From Hyperthermus butylicus DSM 5456 (GTDB taxonomy: Archaea; Thermoproteota; Thermoprotei_A; Sulfolobales; Pyrodictiaceae), in NCBI RefSeq assembly GCF_000015145.1, contig NC_008818.1, forward strand, positions 1,200,001-1,232,000: a stretch of 32,000 nucleotides of DNA, written 5' to 3'. This document shows, one piece after another, positions 25,826 through 32,000 of this stretch. Numbering within the stretch: the stretch's first letter is position 1; each line of letters begins with the position of its first letter. The notes under the pieces were generated by a model that saw only the letters and a program-made list of their open reading frames with translations, searched no databases and was not told the origin of the DNA. The translations under genes were made by a program, and so were the position numbers.

Positions 25826-26683
25826 CTAGATGATTTCCTCCATCTTCTGCTGTATTATTCTCATAGCCTCGTCTCTTGTCATTTTAGTATAGCTAGCTGT
25901 TGTAGCTGCCTCCACTAAAGCCTCGGGAGCATTTTCAAGCTCATCAATTCCCTTCTCTATTGTTGTTTCAGCCTTGTAAGCGTCGCCATCAGCTATTAGT
26001 ATTATCGTTGCTCTGGTCTTGGAGTTCTCGCTGTTAAGTATCGCTAGGCCTATGTTGTTGCCCTCTGCGTCTTTGAGCATTGCTATCTTCTCGCCGCGAC
26101 GGGTTTCACCATAAATTATGGCCTCTGCAGGCTCTACTGGCGGCTTAAGCTGTGGCAAGGCTGGTTTCTTCTCAACCTTTTCGACCTCCTCTACTTGTGC
26201 ACTTGCTATCCGCTCCTCCCTGACACGCTGTACTTCACGCTCAACTTCAACTTCACGTGCTTCTGTCCATGCTTTCTCCTCTTCTGTGACTGGACGCGCT
26301 AGTACCTCCTTGGCAGTCTGGAGTACCTCCCTGACAGTCTTTTCAACGTCCTCGTCGGGTATGCGGCGGAAGGCCTCGACACGTAGTGTGTCGAGCTTCC
26401 ACACGATATCGCCGTCTCGCAACTCATATTCTATCCTTATCCTGACGACGTCGCCTTTGTCTATCCTTAGCTTGTTTACGAGTATCTCGAAGAGTAGCCG
26501 GTTGAGTTCGCCTGCCCTATAGGCTACTTGTTTAGGTTCTATTGCTCCCTTCTTGATTTCGTCTCTCAGCTGGGCGAAGAGTACCCGCCGGAGCTTGTCT
26601 GCATAGGCGCCTGCTATTACGAGGCCCGTGGAGAGCTGGGGCAAACAGTTCCACCTCTCTGGTTCCAATGCATAGTTTCCCAC
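25826..26683 (-). CDS. Two-domain protein with highly charged helical linker; possibly ThermoDBP-related (DUF2258-like) nucleic-acid-binding protein
   Basis: The N-terminal ~130 aa domain begins LSTGLVIAGAYADKLRRVLFAQL. A linker of about 50 aa (EEEKAWTEAREVEVEREVQRVREE...KKPALPQLKPP) precedes a C-terminal ~90 aa domain. The gene starts 15 nt after the Nre-family gene. The family assignment is from memory only. Confidence 0.55.
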   Translation of the reverse strand: MGNYALEPERWNCLPQLSTGLVIAGAYADKLRRVLFAQLRDEIKKGAIEPKQVAYRAGELNRLLFEILVNKLRIDKGDVVRIRIEYELRDGDIVWKLDTLRVEAFRRIPDEDVEKTVREVLQTAKEVLARPVTEEEKAWTEAREVEVEREVQRVREERIASAQVEEVEKVEKKPALPQLKPPVEPAEAIIYGETRRGEKIAMLKDAEGNNIGLAILNSENSKTRATIILIADGDAYKAETTIEKGIDELENAPEALVEAATTASYTKMTRDEAMRIIQQKMEEII

Positions 26684-26698
26684 TAGCTATAAACTGTT

Positions 26699-27952
26699 TT
26701 ACCTCTTCAAGAACATGTCCAGTGTTGTGGTACTACGCGTCTTTCTTGCAAGGATAGAGCTGTGGAGTGCACTGCGCGCAGCATCTGATAGCAAGAGCTT
26801 CTCCGATACATACCTTATAGCTTCATCTAGCGTGTCAAATGTTGCAACTAGGCCATGTACTAGTGCTTGCCGGGTTGTTTCGCGGAGGTGCCAGTTGCCA
26901 ACGGGAGCATAGTAGTCCCTTGTTATCTCCCTCACTATTATCGCCTTTGCTTGTCTCCTCCTAGCGTGGAGTTGCTCTGCTACGGGGAGTCTCATAGCCA
27001 TGTAGCCGCCATCCATCTCGGATAGCTTTAGGCTCATAGACTCTGTAACCCTGTAGACTACGGGCTGGCTAGCAGCTTGTGTCCAGGGTGTTAATGGGTG
27101 CCAAACCTCTATCAGCTCGGCCTCGTAGGAGCCTGGGAAGAGGATTACCGTAATGTAGTTGCCGAGGTAATGTGCATGGTAGACCTCGACTCTGCCCAGG
27201 GTATCGTAGGTTCGCACCCTGTGTAGCAGCCTGGTCGAGATTATCTGGTCGACAGCAGTTATGCTCCACCTTGTCGGTACTAGTCGCCGGCTTCTAACCC
27301 GGCCTAGGAGGCCTAGCGAGAAAGCCCTCACAATGGTGTATACGTCTACACCACTCCTATACAGTTCGTAGACAGCCTCATCGCTTCTTGCATCGTCCCA
27401 TATCAGCTTCTCGAGCTTAGGGTGCAGCGTCGGGTTAGACTCGACAATAACTTTTCTTGCAGGGGCTGCAGGGCCTTGCGGGGCTAGCACACCGTCAAAG
27501 CGGAGTGAGGGTATGGGCGGTTTTTCTAGTAGTGCACGGGACTGGACAGGCTTGGTGGAAACAGCGGCTACGGAAATTTCCTCCTCGTAGAGCTTCCAGG
27601 GTGTTGTAGCCTGAACCCTCTTCACGCCCGAGACTAAGCTTGAGCGGTAAGAGATTATCGTGCGTAGGGGTAGCCTTTGCCTAGCCCAGTCGAGTGGCGC
27701 ATCGTGCAGTCTTGCCTTCTCGCCGTGCTCCTCGGGCGGTAGGTTGTAGAGGATGGGCACAGTGGGATAGCCAGCCTCGCCGACAACAATGCTGGGAGGA
27801 GAGTCTCCCTCGACCTCTCTCGAACCCGTAATGCGAGAGGATGCTAGAACTTGCTGCCGAAACCTCTCAAGTATGGGGCAGTAGGGTAAGCCGCAGAGCT
27901 TCTTGTAGCCCTTGCACCGCGTGCAAAGGCCTGGCGGTATACGCCGCCCCAC
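26699..27952 (-). CDS. Nre-family archaeal DNA repair protein (COG1602-type)
   Basis: N-terminal Cys cluster CTRCKGYKKLCGLPYCP. About 400 aa, with a C-terminal PIP-box-like TTTLDMFLKR. GTG start at 27952. Confidence 0.6.
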   Translation of the reverse strand: MGRRIPPGLCTRCKGYKKLCGLPYCPILERFRQQVLASSRITGSREVEGDSPPSIVVGEAGYPTVPILYNLPPEEHGEKARLHDAPLDWARQRLPLRTIISYRSSLVSGVKRVQATTPWKLYEEEISVAAVSTKPVQSRALLEKPPIPSLRFDGVLAPQGPAAPARKVIVESNPTLHPKLEKLIWDDARSDEAVYELYRSGVDVYTIVRAFSLGLLGRVRSRRLVPTRWSITAVDQIISTRLLHRVRTYDTLGRVEVYHAHYLGNYITVILFPGSYEAELIEVWHPLTPWTQAASQPVVYRVTESMSLKLSEMDGGYMAMRLPVAEQLHARRRQAKAIIVREITRDYYAPVGNWHLRETTRQALVHGLVATFDTLDEAIRYVSEKLLLSDAARSALHSSILARKTRSTTTLDMFLKR

Positions 27953-28077
27953 GTCCTAGCCCTCTCTCAGCCCTCCCTGCCTGTAGGTTCTATGGCTGTA
28001 GTGGGGTGTAGAGCTTTCCTCCTCATGCCTCTTGTATAGAATCCTATGTAGCTATGCTATTGTAACTTGTGGCGAGG

Positions 28078-29499
28078 TTAATTGGTGGTTTTGACACTGA
28101 CCGTTTTAGGTTCAATCACCTTGATAAGTTTGGCTTTCCTCCACAGCTCCTCGATGCTAGCTGCACCAGCGTATCCAAGGCCTGCGCGGATACCCTCAAC
28201 AAATCCGCGGATAACTCTTGATAGGGGACCACGATATGGTACTAAACCTTCGACGCCTTCTTCTAGCTTCTTTACGAGCCTCGCATATCTGTCCATGGCA
28301 AACCTCTTCTCCATTGCTCCTCGGCTAGTCATCCCCCTATAGGGCTTGTAGAGCTTCTCGCCTATTCTTATCAGCGGTGCAGCCGCTTCATCTGTTCCTG
28401 CAACAGCGTAGCCTAGCATTACAGAGCTAGCTCCAACTGCAAGAGCTTTTACAGCATCGCCAGGCGTCCTTATGCCGCCATCAGCTATCACTGGAGCATC
28501 TAGCTCCAGCTCTTCAACTGCATCCCTGGCAGATGCTGTAGCCCATAGCGTTGGCGAGTATGCCCCCTGTCATCTGTGGCGTCGTACATATTGATTCTCC
28601 GCCTACACCAGCTCTAACGCCGTCAATCCTCTCGACTATTGATGCTGCATCCATGACTGCTTGGTAGTTACCAACATTTCCTATCACTATGTCAGCAGTA
28701 GTCTCCTTAGCGATCCTTGCAGCGGCTCTCATCGCGTTAACATTGTGGAAGTGTGCTACGTCCATCACTAGTGCATCAACGTAGCGGTCTAGCATCTTTG
28801 CACGCTCTAGGTCGAAGGGTGATATTGCAGCGGCCACGATAAGCCTTCCATCTTAGTTGGTTGCAGGGTCATATTCTTCGAGAGCTTCACGCAGCGTTAT
28901 CGAGCCAACGTAGTGTCCATCCCTATCAGTAACAGCTACTACGTCAACTTTGCCTTGCCTGACAATGCTAACTCCCTCCCGGATAGCCTCGAGGTGGACA
29001 CTTGGCCCACTAATTGCCATTGAGTCTACGGGTTCGCCTCCGCTTCTACAATTCTCAGAGACAATGTGATAGTAGGCGTAGCCAGCTAGCCTTGCCAGCG
29101 GCATCTATGATCGGTAGCTGCCTAACCCCCTCTTTCCGCATAACCTCGAGTATGCGGGTACAAGGCTCGCCTTGGCTAGCGTAGAGCGGTCTGAGGGGTA
29201 GCGCGGCGGGATACTCCTTGACAGCTCTAACATCCTCGACTTGTCTGGCTATGGGTAGGTTGCGGTGCACAACACCTATGCCGCCGTGAAGCGCCATGTC
29301 TATAGCCATTTCTCTTTCAGTCACGATATCCATGGGCGATGATGCTAGAGGGATTTTCAGTCGGACATTCCTGCTAAACCTCGTGTCAGTCTTCACTTGG
29401 TGGGGCTCAACCTCCGCTCTCCCAGGCTCAAGGTATAGCATCTCCAAATACAAGCACTACCTGGGCGTCAAGAATTTTTGAGCGGAAATCAGCCAACAT
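28078..29499 (-). pseudogene. guaB: IMP dehydrogenase, disrupted (3 frameshifts + 1 in-frame TAA)
   Basis: IMPDH sequence is recognisable over its full length but is spread over five reading-frame pieces. These are MLADFRSKILDAQVVLVFGDAI (from ATG 29499), the catalytic N-part (29055-29453), the CBS pair (28853-29104), the barrel with ESICTT (28514-28837), and IADGGIRTPGD... (28078-28491). Frame breaks lie near 29433, 29088-29096 and 28558-28567, and the TAA is at 28853-28855. Confidence 0.85.
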
Positions 29500-29588
29500 G
29501 TATCCACCTAAAGAGCCTCATGCAGCCCCATATCCGGGATGTAGCGTTTATTCGAGTTGTGGTTTTGCAGAGTCCCGCGGAGTACACG

Positions 29589-31160
29589 ATGAGGAGCACG
29601 GAGGGCTGGAGGCCCTACCGGGAGCATGATACAGTCCTCGTTATTGGGTTTGGAGGACAGTACGTGCATCTCATAGCTAGGAGGGTTAGGGAGCTAAATG
29701 TTTACAGTGAACTCATACCGTTTAACAGGCTTGAGAGACATGTTGTTGAGGAGGTGAAGCCTTGCGCCATAATACTGTCAGGTGGGCCCTCAAGCGTCTA
29801 CATTGATAACGCGCCGAGGCTGCCGGGCTGGCTTCTAGACTATAGCGTGTCGCTACTCGGCATATGCTATGGTCATCAGCTCCTATCCATAATGCTTGGT
29901 GGTTGTGTTGAGTGAGGGCAAGGCGAATATGGCAGGACTATAGTGAGGCTTGTTGGTAGCGACCCATTGTTTGGTGGGTGGAGCCAGAGCGAGGAGGTGT
30001 GGATGAGCCATAGCGACTATGTATCTCAAGTGCCGCCGGGTGCTAGGGTCCTAGCGGTCTCGGAGGATACCGGCTACATAGCAGCCTTTAGACTCGATAG
30101 GGATGGAAGGCCGATCTATGGCGTCCAGTTCCACCCCGAGGTTGCTCACACGCCTAAGGGCCGGCTACTCATAGAGAACTTTGTACTCCACATAGCCAGG
30201 TGTAGGCCCACCTGGAAGCCAGAAAATTATGCTGAGAAAATGGTTGAAGAGATACGAACGATGGTTGGAACCAGAGACAAGGTACTGGTTGCTGTTAGTG
30301 GTGGTGTAGACTCTACAACCACCGCGCTACTTGTCAAGAAAGCGGTTGGCGACCGCCTGGTAGCAGTATTTGTTGACCACGGACTTTTCCGTGAGGGCGA
30401 GGTTGAAGAAGTACTATTGACACTGCAGAGCCTGGGCATAAAGCCTATCGTGGTGCGTGCTGCTGACAAGTTCCTCTCAAGACTACGTGGCGTAGTAGAT
30501 CCCAAGGAGAAGAGGAGGATTATCGGGGAAGAATTTGCCCGAATATTCGCCGAGATAGCTCGGGGAGACCCTGCAATAAAGTGGTTAGCCCAGGGTACAA
30601 CCTATCCAGACGTAGTGGAGAGCAGTGCCGAGCCTGGGACTGATAGGATTAAGAGTCACCACAATGTTGCAGGGCTTCCAGCATGGCTGGACCTACACTT
30701 GATGGAGCCGCTAAGATATCTCTACAAGGATGAGGTGAGAAGGCTAGCTCTCAGCCTAGGCGTACCCCGCGAGGTAGCCTATCGACACCCGTTTCCAGGC
30801 CCAGGGCTAGCTGTGAGGATTATTGGTGAGGTTACCGAGGAAAAGCTTCGGATAGCTAGGCGTGCAAGCAGAATAGTTGAGGAGGAGCTGCTGAAAGCAG
30901 GACTATACTATAGTGTCTGGCAGGCATTCGCCGTGGTCGGGGACGATAAGTAGGTGGGGAAAGGAGACCGTAGGGTCTATGGCTACATAGTCCAAGTCCG
31001 GATAGTCAAGAGCGAGGATGCCATGACTGCTGACTGGGCCCGAATATCATACGAGGTCCTAGATAGGATTGCTAGAAGGATTACGGGCGAAATATCCGAG
31101 GTAACAATGGTTGCGTATGCGGTGACAACCAAGCCGCCAGCAACCATCGAGCCACAGTAG
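29589..31160 (+). pseudogene. guaA: GMP synthase (glutamine-hydrolysing), single frame interrupted by in-frame TGA (29913-29915) and TAG (30951-30953)
   Basis: GATase GICYGHQ...FHPE, PP-loop SGGVDST, KSHHNVAGLP, HPFPGPGLAVR and KPPATIE all lie in one frame. Conserved sequence continues directly across both stops (GGCVE*GQGEYG and [15 protein letters not shown]). The usually invariant C-terminal IEWE reads IEPQ. Confidence 0.85.
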
Positions 31161-31205
31161 CGCCAGAGGCTGCATACTCACTCCAGTATCGTTCTCTGCT
31201 GTGCA

Positions 31206-32000
31206 TTACATTATCCTGAAGTGTAGCACGCCAACAAGCCCCTTGAACGTCTTGCGTATCCACTCCGCCTCAGGTAGGTCTCCGCTCAAGAAGTAAACCT
31301 TGGTGCCATACTTCTTAGCCTCCTCCGCCAGTGTATCTGCATCAGGCCTCTCCTCGTCGACTATAATGTATTTCAGAGCACCCATTTCGAGGGCTGTTTT
31401 TACCATCTTGTCGCCATATACTGCTAGCCCGTCATCCTTTGCTAGGTGGAGCTTAAACTCCTCAACAGCCTTAGCGAGTTCTGCGTACTTGTTCTGCTCA
31501 ATTATGTCGGCAGCCTTTATGACTAGCTCTCTCAGCCCAGCCTCGCCCTGATAGGCTACATCGACGGTCTTGCTTGCTATCTTTTGGCGTACACGGTAGT
31601 CCAGGAAGTCCCTTGCTTCCTCGAGGAAGTCTTGCTTGGCGTAGCCGGGGCCACCGAGTATTATCGCTCTGAGGACACCCTTCTCTATGAGTGGCAGGAA
31701 GTGTTTGTTCATTGCTTCGGCTACCTCGCGGTAGAAGCCCTTTACGAATTGCTCGATCTGCCTATCGAAACGCCTCTGGCTCTGACCGCCCTTATGGTGC
31801 TTGCCTGGCACGTAGCCCTCAAGTTCCTCTAGAACTTGTATACGTGTACCCTTAAGCAGGCCTATAGTGGCCTGGTCGCGCTCGATTATTACGAGGCCGT
31901 AGGTCTCCTCTTGTTCTATCATTTCCTCGAGGAATTCTGTATGGAACCACTTGTCGGTACGGTAGAAGAAGACTGGCACCGGTTCTGGCGGCGAGAAGAC
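31206..32000 (-). CDS. prf1: Peptide chain release factor aRF1, C-terminal two-thirds (5' end outside window)
   Basis: GGQ motif in KHHKGGQSQRRF (GGQ at nt 31782-31790). The frame is open to nt 32000 (..PPEPVPVFFYRTDKWFH). The C-terminal domain resembles eRF1/aRF1. Confidence 0.9.
   Translation of the reverse strand, partial: VFSPPEPVPVFFYRTDKWFHTEFLEEMIEQEETYGLVIIERDQATIGLLKGTRIQVLEELEGYVPGKHHKGGQSQRRFDRQIEQFVKGFYREVAEAMNKHFLPLIEKGVLRAIILGGPGYAKQDFLEEARDFLDYRVRQKIASKTVDVAYQGEAGLRELVIKAADIIEQNKYAELAKAVEEFKLHLAKDDGLAVYGDKMVKTALEMGALKYIIVDEERPDADTLAEEAKKYGTKVYFLSGDLPEAEWIRKTFKGLVGVLHFRIM

Noticed and set aside
26118-26522. Plus-strand 134-aa ORF antisense to the 285-aa charged-linker protein
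   Set aside because: Its S/T/R-rich product mirrors the E/V/K-rich linker codons on the other strand, so it is an antisense artefact.
29913-30953. Possibility that the in-frame TGA and TAG in guaA are recoding events (selenocysteine, pyrrolysine or read-through), perhaps linked to the adjacent aRF1 gene
   Set aside because: The interrupted positions are not Cys or Lys catalytic sites. All three stop codons terminate neighbouring genes normally (TAG herA, TGA mre11, TAA rad50). The partner gene guaB also has a TAA and three frameshifts, and invariant residues have drifted. Decay is the simpler explanation, and the aRF1 adjacency is most likely coincidence.
1-32000. Searched for CRISPR repeats, tRNA T-loop/anticodon-arm patterns, rRNA, IS terminal inverted repeats, integrase genes and large direct repeats
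   Set aside because: None were seen by eye. Composition and gene density are uniform, so there is no sign of an integrated mobile element. This is a manual scan and short or degenerate elements could be missed.

Overview
Dense chromosomal segment that reads like a hyperthermophilic crenarchaeon, probably Desulfurococcales-type. This is inferred from gene content (herA-mre11-rad50, AglB, aRF1, archaeal NMNAT, ApgM, an ESCRT-III-like protein), from charged and hydrophobic protein composition, and from frequent GTG/TTG and leaderless-type starts. No database search was possible. I call about 33 protein-coding loci on both strands and see no rRNA, tRNA, CRISPR array, IS element or integrase. Most genes are housekeeping: DSB repair, glnA, apgM, moaA, ctaB, argF, aglB, NAD metabolism, alaX, an S2P protease and aRF1. 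Six things are worth a second look. (1) A translationally coupled five-gene operon at 18.06-20.18 kb encodes an ESCRT-III/CdvB-like helical protein, three small orphan proteins and a wHTH protein with a Cys-rich C-terminal domain. No CdvA or Vps4 is nearby. This is my best candidate for an undescribed module. (2) The divergent guaB/guaA pair is inactivated while all neighbours are intact. guaB has 3 frameshifts and an in-frame TAA, guaA has in-frame TGA and TAG, and invariant residues have drifted in both. (3) The 8-mer ATGTGCAC occurs three times within about 210 bp in the ctaB control region and overlaps a Cys/His-rich 114-codon ORF. (4) The conserved N-terminus of moaA is encoded upstream of its first canonical start codon, implying an ATA/ATT start or a +1 shift at CTT TGA C. 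(5) An Nre-family repair gene is co-operonic with a two-domain protein joined by a charged linker. (6) rad50 is followed by a convergent orphan rather than nurA, and AglB appears to lack its N-terminal TM helix. All functional calls rest on motifs read by eye and need HMM or structure confirmation.
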